DNA of 64,000 nt, from NCBI RefSeq assembly GCF_018350175.1, contig NC_058368.1:217870001-217934000 (forward strand). Reading direction: 5' to 3'. A program made the position numbers and the translations under genes. This document shows positions 14,121-25,921 of this stretch, in pieces (positions within the stretch are counted from its first letter, which is position 1; each line of letters starts with the position of its first letter). A model generated the notes under the pieces. It saw only the letters and a program-made list of their open reading frames with translations. It was not told the origin of the DNA and did no database searches. Source of the stretch: Felis catus (Eukaryota).

Positions 14121-15033
14121 CACAAACTTTAATGTAATGTTGGCAGGATAGAAAGATCAGAATTGTAGTCTTTCTTGTACCCAAACTAATAATTCAAAGT
14201 GGAATAATAAAATATAATCAACTGAATTGCATGCACAGATGGAGAAATATGAGATCATATAACTAGAGGGCCAAATAAAAACAACAACAAGCCATAAGAT
14301 GCTATATTTAAACCATAGATAATAAATATTCAGTCATAAACTGTTCAAAATATGAACAAAGATTGTCAGATTGTTAAAAAATAAGCCTATATACATGTAG
14401 CTTAAAATATTTCTTTTATATAAGAATCCAAAAAGTTTGAGATAAAAAATGATGTGAAAAGAAATACCATGTAAACAATAATAAAAATTGTGTAGTTACA
14501 TCAATACTTGACAGACAGAAAATAATACCATTAAAAAGGAGGCCATTTCAGAAACATAATTGAGATTTATAATCCTGGAAGATTAATTGTACAAACTTGT
14601 TTGCCCCTAATAGCATATCCTTAAAATATATGAAGCAAAGGCTGATGGAGTTATAACAATAGACAAATGCATAATCATGATAAAGTTTCACAGACATCTC
14701 TTAGAAATTAATGGTATAGGCAGATAGGAAGGATAGTGGATATTTTGCCAACATATACAACAAATCAAGATATATTCCACTAAAACCCATCGACTGAACA
14801 ATACTCATTCAAGTGGAACAATAACTAAATTGGCCACCTGCAGGGGATAAAGCAAATCTCAATAGTTTTCAAAGAAATGAAGTTCGAGTTAATAAGATCT
14901 CTATTCATAATAAGATTATATTAGAACAATAATGTAAGTAGAAAATAAAAATATATTCCAAAATTAAAGCATTTCTTTCAAATCATACATGGTTCAAAGA
15001 TGACATAATAAAAATTAGAAATAAATGCATAAA

Positions 15034-15138
15034 GGGCACCTGGGTGGCTCAGTAGGTTGATTTCAGCTCAGGTCGTGATCCCAGGGTCAAGGGACCAAGT
15101 CCCATATGAGGGTCTGCACTGAGCATAGAGCCTGCTTG

Positions 15139-15200
<62 letters not shown>

Positions 15201-15270
15201 CTTCTGCTTCTCCCCTGCTCATGCATGCGCTCTATCTCTCTCTCTCTCTAAAAGTAAAATACATAAAAAA
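15034..15270 (+). mobile_element. Can-SINE with a short internal deletion in the head
   Basis: gggcacctgggtggctcagtaggttga|tttcagctcagg lacks the gcatctgactcttga segment seen in the 60198 copy; long (CT)n; flanked by aaatgcata. Confidence 0.95.
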
Positions 15271-15276
15271 GAAATG

Positions 15277-15600
15277 CATAGGGTAGATCTATTTTTAATT
15301 TTTTGATGAACCTCCACACTGTTTTCTAGAGTGGCTGCACCAGTTTGCATTCCCACCAACAGTGCAAGAGGGTTCCCATTTCTCCACATCCTCTACAGCA
15401 TCTATAGGGAGCCAAACCATAATAGACTCTTAAAAACTGAGAATAAACTGAGGGTTGATGGGGGGTGGGAGGGAGGGGAGGGTGGGTGATGGGCATTGAG
15501 GAGGGCACCTGTTGGGATGAGCACTGGGTGTTGTATGGAAACCAATTTGACAATAAATTTCATATTTAAAAAAAAAAACGGTGCGGTCCTACAGCATGTA
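15277..15600 (+). mobile_element. 5'-truncated, 5'-inverted (twin-primed) young L1 fragment
   Basis: 15277-15404 is antisense ORF2 3' sequence (matches plus-strand 33934-34061); 15405-15578 is sense 3'UTR plus polyA of the same family; TSD aaatgcata. Confidence 0.9.
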
Positions 15601-16349
15601 AAAAATGCATAAAATTGAAAAAAAACAGTATCAGGAAAAAAAGAAAAATAATATTTTCTTTAGGGAATAAAAAATAAAATGACAAATTGTTAATTAAACA
15701 GATTAACATTTAAAGTAATTAACAAGTGGCACCAAGGATCAATGTCATAAATTAAGAGAACAGCTCTTACATATTTTTAACATTGAAAATAAAATGAGTT
15801 CAGTTTGACAAACATTGGGAAATATATTTGAAAAAAATAGTTGGAATGAAACATTTTCTGGAAAAATGAAATTTTTTAAACAGATCAAAAAAAAAAAGAA
15901 AATTTAAATTGCTTATCTATTAAGTAAATTGAAATATTCTCCACAAAGAAATTGACAGCTCAGTGGTTTCAGTGGTAGATTCTAAACATTTAAGAAAAAG
16001 AAATACTGTCTTATAAAAATTCTTGGAGATTAGAAAATGAGAAAACACTCTTCATCACAAATTATAAGGTCATCTTGACATAAATGTTACAGGCCTTTTC
16101 TACTCTCAGGCATTGAAACAAAAATCATTAACAAAACATTAACGAAGTGAATCACCAGTATGTTCAAAGATAATACACCACCATCTAGCTGTAGAGGAAT
16201 TGATATTGATTAATCAATTAATATCCACCATGATAACACAAGGACATAAATCACATGACTATCTCAAGAGATATACAAAAAGTAACTTACAAAAATCAAG
16301 TCTACTTATCATAAGTTTTTTCAAGCAAGTGAGAAATATAAGTTACTTT

Positions 16350-16533
16350 ATTTCCTTCAAGTTTATTTATTTATTTTGAGAGAGAAAGAGCACAACCAGG
16401 GGAGGGGCAGAGGCACTGACAGTGCAGAGGTGGGTCTAGAACCTACCTACCTACGAACCGTGAACTGAGAGATCATGACCTACACCCAAATCAAGAGTTG
16501 GATTCTTAACCGACTGAGCCATCCAGGCACCCC
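16350..16533 (-). mobile_element. Can-SINE, degraded with internal deletion
   Basis: tttatttattttgagaga...cgactgagccatccaggcacccc; flanks share aaatataag. Confidence 0.9.
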
Positions 16534-17994
16534 AAAATATAAGGGTATTTTAATCTGATAACCCATGGCAAACTATATTTAATGTTAAAATAATGAATTT
16601 TTTTCTCTTTGATAGAGGAAGAATATGTTATCTATAATGATTTATGTTCAGCACTGTTGTGGATATTCCACCTGGCTCAATAAAGCAAGAAAAACAATTA
16701 AATGTTTTAAGAATTTGAAAGGAACAACATAATTATTTTCACAGATTATAATATTTACTTAGAAAATGTAAAAGATTCTTACTGATTTTAATAAATTTTC
16801 AGCTCTTTAGCAATGATGCCAGATGAAAAGTTTATATCAGTAAGCCATGCATGTGAATGTATTGTGTATATATACATATTAATGTGTGTATACATATTAT
16901 ACTCCATATATTATATATAGCATACATATATTATAATAAACATGTAATTATTCTATCTAAGAAAAATTGTAAGTGCTCTATCACACTGTGGGCTCATTTT
17001 TGAAATTAGATCCAGTAATATTTTTTTACAAATTGTTGTAAAACAATTCTGTTTTTTCCAAATTCAACTCAGCAGGTCTTTCTTAGCCCTCAAAATATCA
17101 CAAGTAAGTTATTACTTTCTTAGCAAAGTCAAAACATCATGGCAATAATAGGTGTCAGGTAACATGAAGACAATTAATGTTGAGGGCTTTAACCAGGAAC
17201 TAAGACATACGAAAAATGTACATGTTCATTATATTGACAAGGTATTAAAAGTTAAGTTAGTTCAAAGTAATCATTTAAAGTGATTAGCAACTCACATATG
17301 TCAAAGTACTAATATAGGTAAATTCTGATATGAGCTACAACTCATATGAATAGGTATGGTGAATATCATTAGGCCCGCTATTTTAAAAAAAGTCAAATAT
17401 ACAGGTCAACTGAACTCTAAATGGTAAGATTGTTCAAGAGCATGATACTTTAGCCTGTTAACTTTGCAAGTTAGTGCAGAAAATGGATCAATGAAAACAT
17501 AAAACAGTGGAGGAGGGCAAGACTAGCTTCTGGGATTTTGGCCAAATTTAAGGCCAAATTTTAGGCAAGATGTGGGATGTGGGTTAGTTTATCAAGAAAG
17601 ATATAGGGAGAGACAGGCTGTGCGGGAAAACAGGCAGAGTCACGTCCAAGAACATAGATCTTGCATCAAAAGTTTATGTTGAACATGAAAGATCCAAAAT
17701 TTCTTTGAATATGTATAAAGCTAATCATCAAAGATAGATTCCTATACTTTGATATTTTGCCAAAGGCAAAATAATAATCACATACTGAATAGCCTAATAT
17801 CAGTTTAAACAAATACAACATTATGAGTGTATCTAAAAGTTCATTGAATTTACTTTTAAAAACTGGAGACACACTGGAAACATTTATTGAATATTAACAT
17901 ACAATTGAATATTAAAATACAACTGCACTTACTAAAAACATCCAGTCTGGAATAGAACTATCTGGTCTGAATGACCAAATGACTCCAATGACTA

Positions 17995-18145
17995 ATGTTA
18001 GTGCCTATGGCACAGTTTTCCTATTTGTAGAATGGAGATAAGAATAGTCCTACCTCCTAGAGAGGTAAAGGGAACTAAAGAACTTAATAAATGAAAGCAC
18101 TAAGAACAATGCCTGGAGCAGAGTCAATGATCCTCAAGTGTTAGA
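17995..18145 (+). mobile_element. MIR
   Basis: cagttttcctatttgtagaatggagataagaatagtcctacctc...aaagcactaagaacaatgcctgg is the MIR core and 3' part. Confidence 0.7.
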
Positions 18146-18461
18146 CAGAACTTCCCAATGTCAAAAGAAATTGCAATGAATGTACTCATTTTTCACAGAT
18201 ATGGGAAAGCTGGATACTATTTCATTATCTGTCAAATTAAAGATATGCAATTAATCTATTTACTATTTTTGGCAATAAAATGTTTTTTTTTATTTTTAAT
18301 TTATTTTTGAATGTACATGTTTTATTTCCAATTATTGTAAAAACATCAAAGTAAATGGTGTCGGTGCTGAAGTTAGAAAAAACAAATTATCACCTCGCAA
18401 TATTCAAGTTAGAATGTACATTATTTAAATCAATCAATTTGGATTCAAAACAATACAGGCA

Positions 18462-18688
18462 GGGGCGCCTGGGTGGCGCAGTCGGTTAGGCGTCCGACTT
18501 CGGCCAGGTCACGATCTCGCGGTCCGTGGGTTCGAGCCCCGAGTCAGGCTCTGGGCTGATGGCTCGGAGCCTGGAGCCTGTTTCCGATTCTGTGTCTCCC
18601 TCTCTCTCTGCCCCTCCCCCGTTCATGCTCTGTCTCTCTCTGTCTCAAAAATAAATAAACGTTTAAAAAAAAAAAAACAAACAAAAAA
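18462..18688 (+). mobile_element. Young Can-SINE (SINEC_Fc)
   Basis: CpG-rich head and long A tail; TSD aaaacaatacagg (18447-18459, 18689-18701). Confidence 0.98.
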
Positions 18689-18875
18689 AAAACAATACAG
18701 GAAATGTAAGGTAATACAAAACATTAATTCATCTATAAAAATCTACTTTTTAGTAATTGTAAACTTTCTTAAATAGTTTAATTCTGAATATTGCAATGCA
18801 CAATATGGACATCTTTTATTCAATATAACTAATGTGTGTGTGCGCGCACATGCTTCAGTAAAAATATTAACACTG

Positions 18876-19099
18876 TCTCAGTCGGTTAAGCATTTGACTC
18901 TAGGTTTACACTCAGGTCAGAATCTCACAGTTTGTGAGTGTGAGCCCGCTTGGGACTCTGTGCTCACAGCAGGGAGCCTGCTTGGGATTCTCTCTCTCTC
19001 TCTCTCTCTCTCTCCCTCTCTCACTCCATTTCTCTGCATGACCACACCCCCAACGCTTGCATGCACGCTTGCTCTCTCTCAAAAATAAATAAACATTTA
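18876..19099 (+). mobile_element. Can-SINE, slightly 5'-truncated
   Basis: Starts at ctcagtcggttaagc; perfect 16-bp TSD aaaaatattaacactg (18860-18875, 19100-19115). Confidence 0.95.
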
Positions 19100-19526
19100 A
19101 AAAATATTAACACTGATATGGAAATACTCTTCACTAGCATGATTTTTAAAATGTGCCTTTATTAGTTGAATCTTCAGTTTTATACCACTACAATAAAATA
19201 AGAGTAAGATTAAGATTTCACATCACTCTAATTGTAAATAAAAATATTCAGATATTGTGTATAAATATATATGAAAAGATATGCAAACACATCCAAAGTT
19301 ATTAAATATACAATTACGAAAGTGACAAATATTCAGTATAATAAACTTGAGGGCAAATAGAAAGAAACATTTGGAAAAAATGGTTGTAATCTTACTATCC
19401 AAAGATCATTTATATTAAAATTTCATTTATCTTTCTATTTAATGAAATATATGCAACATATATATCTATATCTATCTATAATTATCTGAAACAAAATATT
19501 ATTAGTGCTGAAACCGAAACTGAGAA

Positions 19527-19530
<4 letters not shown>

Positions 19531-19568
<38 letters not shown>
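19531..19568. repeat. (TG)n microsatellite
   Basis: Direct inspection. Confidence 0.95.
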
Positions 19569-19570
<2 letters not shown>

Positions 19571-20255
19571 TTTATTTACCTTACCCAAATTAAGTTGGAT
19601 TTGTTAGTCATGTTGGACTATAAGGATTAAGAAAACATTCAGTATGCTAGTCCTGGGAATTCTGAACTCAGTTCCCTTCTTCATGCTCTCCTTTCTGCTA
19701 ACTATACTTCTAAGGCTCCCATACCAGCCCTACTGAATATCAGTCTATTAAAATAATATTTATAATATACACATATAAGTACTACATAATATACATTTAT
19801 AATATTACATAAATACACACACACACACCTCTAACCCTAAACATAAAGTTGTAATACTAGAGAAAGAATAGACTAATCATAATGGAAATTTTATTTTTCT
19901 ACCATCATATTTTCTTAATGACCTCAAATGTGAGTTCATGAACTTTATTATTCTTAAGCTACAGATTTTCTAAATATTGTTTATTTATCTTTTAAGATAT
20001 TTGGGTAATAACTTTAGTTTCATTCAATTTCCATTCATCATCATTTTTATTTCAGCCATATAAATTGGTATAGGTGTCACTCATAAGAAAATTATTAAAA
20101 TATAATAATGCATGTACGACAATCACTATTTTAATGCTTTTATTTTTGTAGTTGTGCTAACATGCACTTATGTATGGACTGTTGAATTTTGGAGAAAGCC
20201 ACACAGGCTTGATGAGTAGGAGCAGAAAGCCCGTCAGTTCTTAAATACACACGTG

Positions 20256-20280
20256 CACACACACACACACACACACACAC
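20256..20280. repeat. (CA)n microsatellite
   Basis: Direct inspection. Confidence 0.9.
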
Positions 20281-21359
20281 GATTCAAAAAACCTTCCTTT
20301 TTAGAGGCCTTGAGCCAAAAACAATGCATTTCTTTAGTCAAATATAACAATTGTTACCTATTACATAAGCTCAACTTGATTTCTTCTTCTCAAAACAGAA
20401 TTTAAAACTCTCTTATTATAAAAACACTGAATGATGACTTGTTTCATTGTTAAAGAGACCTCCAAAATAGCAATTGCTTTAAAGAAATTAATAGCACTTA
20501 CATTTTAATTGTTATTATGCCCAGAATCAGATTTGATTAAGGGATAATGGACTTACCATTGATCATCCAAACCATAGCAGATTTTGAGATTTATTAAATC
20601 ATTTGAATTGTTAACAGTTACTAACACTGTAAATAACACAAATCCAAGTGACTAATCACTGAAATTCCCACAATAAACAAAACATTGCCACTCAATGCAA
20701 AGATGCTTTAATGAAGATAAAGCAATCTTTCAAAAATTTTATTGGGCACATTTGTTTTTAATCAGAATTATCATTATGTATCTTTAATAGTGACTTATTT
20801 TTCATTATCTCAATGATGTCATCACCCTATAATTGGGATTACAGATAAAGCTTTTTCATGATCATGAAGGACTCAGTGAACTCCTACTCTCAGTTCAATT
20901 ATTGCGACAATTTTAAACCCATGTACAAGCTAATTATAAGACAGCATGAATAGCCAGAATGAATATAAATAATATCAATGGTTCATGTTCTCACAGCAGG
21001 ATTCCGTTAAACACTTACTATAAATAACCAATTTTTTTTTAAGTGTTACACTGGGAAAATGTGCTTATAAAATGATTTCCTGTGTTATAATATTGCAAGC
21101 CAACCATTCTACATTTCTATACCATTCTGCTACATATTTTCTTCTGAATTAAAGTTTTCTCCATCTATTGTTGCAATACTGAAGTTTATGGATTTCATGT
21201 GTGTTGTGCTATAAATTCAGAGTATCTGGGTAACTACACTTAGAGTAGCCATCAAATAGGTACCTTCATTATGGATTGGATGATATAAAAATACATATTT
21301 AGAAGTTTTAACACCTAAAATGACTTCACCATAATTACAGAATTAAAATTCTAAATTAT

Positions 21360-21577
21360 GGGCACCTGGCTGGCTCAATCAGCTAAGCCTCCAACTTTTG
21401 ATTTCAGCTCAGGTCATGATCTCAGTTTGTGCGTTCAAGCCCCATGTTGGGCTCTGTGCTAACAGCTGGAGCCTGCTTGAGGTTCTCTCTCTCCCTCTCT
21501 CTCTCTGTCTTTACCCCACTTGTGAATGTGAATTCTTTCTCTCTCTCTCTCTCAAAATAAACACTAAAAAAATAAAT
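21360..21577 (+). mobile_element. Can-SINE (older)
   Basis: Head, CT tract and A tail; TSD aaaat(t/g)ctaaatta (21345-21358, 21578-21591). Confidence 0.95.
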
Positions 21578-22610
21578 AAAATGCTAAATTACAGCAACAT
21601 GATGCTGCAGAAAAAAGATGACTGTGAGCAAGAAATGTAGACTCATTTGCTGACCAGCTATATAATAAAGGGCAAATCACTTTATTATTTTGGTTTCTAT
21701 TTTACATTTTCTGCACAATGCAAGAGTTGAGCTAAATTATATTAATAGTTAAAACTACATAGCATCAAAGCTTTTTGCTTACAAATTAACAACATATCAA
21801 TGAAGCAAATGAAGAAAAATAGTAAGATACATAAAAAAAACAGTAAATTCAAAGATCAATTTCCCAGAGAAATTTTTTTTTGCAAAATAATTTAATGAGT
21901 TAAAACTTAAAAGAAATTCTAACATTAACTCCAGAGAAGTAAATACACAAGAAAAGGATTTCTTTCTAAAACAATATTTGAAATGTAATTACAATGAAAG
22001 GGAAATATGAATTTAGAATTTATATATTATAAAGATGCTTGTAAAATCCATAGGCAAATAAATTAAATAATCAACTGTCCTTCTTTTCTACTTTTGGCAT
22101 TTAGGAAAGATAATTTCATGTCTCAATCATATTTTTATCTTGCTAAAGCTGATTATAGTATTTATAGATACTCTAAATACTTGGGGTTGAGTATATTGAC
22201 ATTACAATAAAATTTTGGAAATAAATCCAAGATTATTTCAATATGAGCAATGATGTGGAGAGACTGAATTTCAACATTAAAAATAATTTTAACTCAATAA
22301 AGAAAAGAGGACAGAGAGATTTTGCTTACTAAGCTTGTCTCCTGAATAATATTTATTGCTTACTAGATGAAAGGAACTGCAACCCAACAGTCATGCTCCC
22401 AGTCCAGGGATGTTTATACATGCAAAGATGTAGGAATTATAATACCCATGAACTTCCTTCCTGTTGTTACCTAATGGTTAGTGTGGAGCCTGGGGGCTGG
22501 TGTTTTACTTAGTGTTCTCCGGCTTCAACTCTTACCAGTCTCTGAAATACTTCTGTCACAAAAAGTCTACTCCCTACTACTCTTGTGATGGGGCAGGTGA
22601 GGTTTCTTGG

Positions 22611-22712
22611 CTCTCTTCCTCCTCCTCCTCCTCCTCCTCCTCCTCCTCCTCCTCCTCCTCCCCCTTCTTTCTTCTTCTTCTTCTTCTTCTTCTTCTTCTT
22701 CTTCTTCTCTTC
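22611..22712. repeat. Compound (CCT)n-(CTT)n polypyrimidine tract at a SINE tail
   Basis: About 100 nt of only C/T on plus strand, directly abutting the minus-strand SINE. Confidence 0.97.
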
Positions 22713-22925
22713 AGTTTATTTTGAGAGAGAGAGAGAGAGAGAGAGAGAGTGTGTGTGTGTGGGCAGAGGAGGGGCAAAGAGAGAGGGAGAGAGACAGAAT
22801 CCCAAGCAGGCTCTGTGCTGTCAGTGCATAGCCTGATGCGGGGTTCAATCTCAGGAACATGAGATCATGACATGAGCTGAAACCAAGAGTTGGATGCTTA
22901 AATGACTGAGCCACCAAGGAGCCCC
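22713..22925 (-). mobile_element. Can-SINE
   Basis: tttattttgagagaga...aatgactgagccaccaaggagcccc. Confidence 0.95.
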
Positions 22926-22946
22926 TGGGATCTTCTGCTCCAACTC

Positions 22947-23373
22947 TGTTTTAGTTTCCTATGTTGATATAACACATTATACCAAGCTTAGTGCCCCCCA
23001 AACAATGCACATTTTTTATTGCAATTCTGGAGTTTCAGAGTCTAAACTTCATATTGCTGAGCTGAAGTAAGGGGTCCGGCTCTTTCTGGAGTCTTTAGGG
23101 AAGAATTCATTTGCTTGTATTTGCTAGCATCTGGAGACATCTGCATTCCTTGGCTTGTAGGCCCTTCCTTGGTTCTACTTCCATCAAAATATCACCTGTC
23201 CTACTTCAACCCTCCTGTCTCCCTCCTCCAGACTTTTGCCATTACATTGGACTCAATTGGGATAATCCAGAATAATCTTGCCATCGAAAGGTCTCTTTTG
23301 CCAGTAAGATATTCACAGGTTCCTGGAATTAGGATGTGGATACCTTTGTGGGGCTATTATACAGCTTACCACA
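22947..23373 (-). mobile_element. MaLR solo LTR (MLT1D-like)
   Basis: TG...CA ends; tattcacaggttcctggaattaggatgtggatac...ttaccaca is the reverse complement of the MLT1D start. Confidence 0.75.
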
Positions 23374-23854
23374 AACCTCAATCTTAGATCCTCTGAACTT
23401 GGGCAGTGGACAATGTCTTCCACATCTTCCTCTCAAGCAACTGCCTGTTTTCTGTGATGGCTTCTGGGCAGGAGAGAGTTTTTTGTCCCTTCCTGGTATT
23501 AAAAGATTTCGCCTTTGAATTGGGGCAGAATCTGGAGCCTGAGGATTTTGTACCCACCTCTCTCACTGTAAGCCTCTCCCATGAGCAGTGCCTGAGTCCT
23601 GGGGGAAGGCATATTTTCTGTATCTCTTATATATTTTTGTTTTTGCTCCTCTACCTGAAGCAGAGAATTTTTTATGGCCAAAGGCTAGTAAGGGTTTGCT
23701 GCTCCTTCCCCATCAGTTTAAGATTTTTGATTCAAAATGAAGGGTATAGGGAAAGCAGTTGTCATCTGTTCCAATCTTGTAGCTCCTCACTACAAGGAAG
23801 CATCTGTAAGGCAGAGGCGGTGCTTTGGGAGTGGATTTTGTCCTGGTCCACATT

Positions 23855-24563
23855 TTTTTAAATCTTGGCATTATTGACACATGGAGCCAGATAATTCTTT
23901 GTTGTAGTGGGCAATCCTGTGCATTTTAGGACGTTTAACAAAGTCCCTGATCTCTACCCACTAGATGCCAGTAGTACTCTATATTACTTTTCTATTACTG
24001 CATAACAAATCATGATAAATGTTGGAGCTTAAACTAATACATAAGTTTACTGTCTCAGTTTCTGTGGGTCAGAAATCTAGGTATGCTTAGCTGGGTCCTC
24101 TGCCCAGAGTCTCAGAAGGAAGCAGTCAAGATGTTGGCTGGTGCTCAGGATTCTCTTCCAAGCTCACATAGCTATTGACAGACTTAGTCCCTTACAATTT
24201 GTGAGACCCTCAGGTTTCAGAGACCACCTACAGTTCCCAGCTACGTGGCCCCATTGATATGCTGTTTACATCACAGAGGCTTGCTTCTTTAAAGCCAGCA
24301 AGGTAGAGAAAAAGACCTTCACTCCATGGATAATATTCAGTCTTATGGGATGAAACACAATCAGGGGAGTGACATCATATCACCTTTGCCATAGTTTTTG
24401 TTAGAAACAAGTCAAAAGTCCCACCCACACTCAAGGGGGAGTGCGAAGTGATTACACAAGGGTGTGCCCTCACACCCCACAACAGTTGTGATAACTAAAG
24501 ATGTGTTCAGACATTGCCCAATGTCCCTTGAAGGGCACCATTCCCCTGAATTGAGAATCCTTG
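23855..24563 (-). mobile_element. MER20 hAT MITE split by an LTR insertion (halves ~23855-23979 and ~24470-24563)
   Basis: ccagataattctttgttgt...ctctacccactagatgccagtag resumes as cagttgtgataactaaagatgtgttcagacattgcccaatgtccc. Confidence 0.8.
23980..24470 (-). mobile_element. MaLR LTR (MLT1E/F-like) inserted in MER20
   Basis: tattactttctattactgcataacaaat...ctcagtttctgtgggtcagaaatct...ggagtgacatcatatcacctttgcc...cccacactcaagggg. Confidence 0.75.
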
Positions 24564-25711
24564 CCCTAAATTGAGAATCCTTGCCCTAAATTGATCACAT
24601 TTGACCTTTTGGACTTTATTTAAACATTAGCTGTTTTTGCCTTTACTGATTTTATTCTCCCTCTCACTCTCTGCCAAATATAAAGCAGTCTGTATGTTCT
24701 AACTCTCCTCTGAGTAATTTGTCCCTTTGGGATTTAGTTTACTTGATTTTCTTGTGACTTCATTTGGCTGAAGTTCAATGTAATTTATGATATTGTAGAT
24801 TATCTGGATTTTCTTATTGGTTAGAAAGGAGCAATAATTCACAGTGGCTTTCTATATCCTATAGAGTAGGAGTGAAACTTCCTCAAAGTATGAAGTTTTC
24901 ATATTTTATCACATACAAGTTAAAAAATCCAGGCTATTTCTTTGGATACTGGAAATATCCATTATTTTGTTTTGACAGTTACCAATAACTAATAGGATTT
25001 ACTGTGCTAGGCAGCAGGGGTTAAGCATAAGAAAAAGCTTCTGCCCTAAAGTAACTAATGATATGAGACTTTGTGATCATGGTTTCATGTAATATATTCA
25101 GAAGGGTAACATGATATGGAAGGTTACTTTTCCCTAGGCTTTCTATAGAAGTATGAAAATTGAATTGTAATTTTCCTGTGTCCCTGTTGATAAACACTGT
25201 TTTACATTTTAAAACTTTATAATTCAGAAATATCATTTTAATTAAGGATATGGTCTTATTTTCATGGAAGATAGGGCATTTAAATATATATAGTGAAAAA
25301 TCTTATTAATCCATATAATATTTTTATTGTAATAACTTTTTATAAATACTCTGACTTTTTTCTCAGAAAATACATGTTTTATCATTTCTTTGAAACGGCA
25401 AATCTTTTATGTTTTTCAAGCAGGTGAACATATAGTTTTAGATCAAGGCAAATATTTATCAATATGTGTACCTAAGAAGTTTCTAAGATTTCTCTAGGTA
25501 TTAGAGATGTCCATGCATACTAGTGAACTTATTTCAAAAACATTGAAAGAACAGCTCAAAGATTAGAAACTGCTATGTACTTACTCATCTCATTGTGTAG
25601 AATAGAATTACTAAAATGGTATTAGAATAAATCTTCTGAAACTGCCTTTTTTTGTTGGTCAAAATAGTAAAATATTCAACTTAACAAACAGAATTAAAAA
25701 GTGGTATTTTT

Positions 25712-25921
25712 GGGGCGCCTGGGTGGCGCAAGTCGGTTAAGTGTCCGACTTCAGCCAGGTCACGATCTCGCGGTCCGTGAGTTCGAGCCCTGCGTCAGGC
25801 TCTGGGCTGATGGCTCAGAGCCTGGAGCCTGTTTCTGATTCTGTGTCTCCCTCTCTCTCTGCCCCACCCCCGTTCATGCTCTGTCTCTCTCTGTCCCAAA
25901 AAAAATAAATAAACGTTGAAA
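25712..25921 (+). mobile_element. Young Can-SINE (SINEC_Fc)
   Basis: Perfect 16-bp TSD aaaaagtggtattttt (25696-25711, 25922-25937). Confidence 0.98.

Larger units (their letters stand above)
14300..16830 (+). mobile_element. Ancient L1 (L1M-type) ORF2 relic, interrupted by two SINEs and a young L1 fragment
   Basis: A-rich; degenerate EN/RT-coding motifs (tttgcccctaatagcatatccttaaaatatatgaagcaaag, aaagcaaatctcaatagtttt, ttattttcacagattatataatattt); no open frame. Confidence 0.6.

Noticed and set aside
20525..20600. Minus-strand consensus donor ATG|GTAAGT after a short MVWMIN frame
   Set aside because: Such motifs occur often by chance in 64 kb; no identifiable gene
22500..22917. ORFs with poly-S, P, E, R, L and F runs
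   Set aside because: They are translations of the (CCT)/(CTT) tract and the adjacent SINE, not genes
23406..23861. 151-aa ORF
   Set aside because: GTG start, no recognisable homology, lies between ancient repeats
24549..24594. Direct repeats as a possible CRISPR-like array
   Set aside because: Only two adjacent copies, no spacers, mammalian DNA
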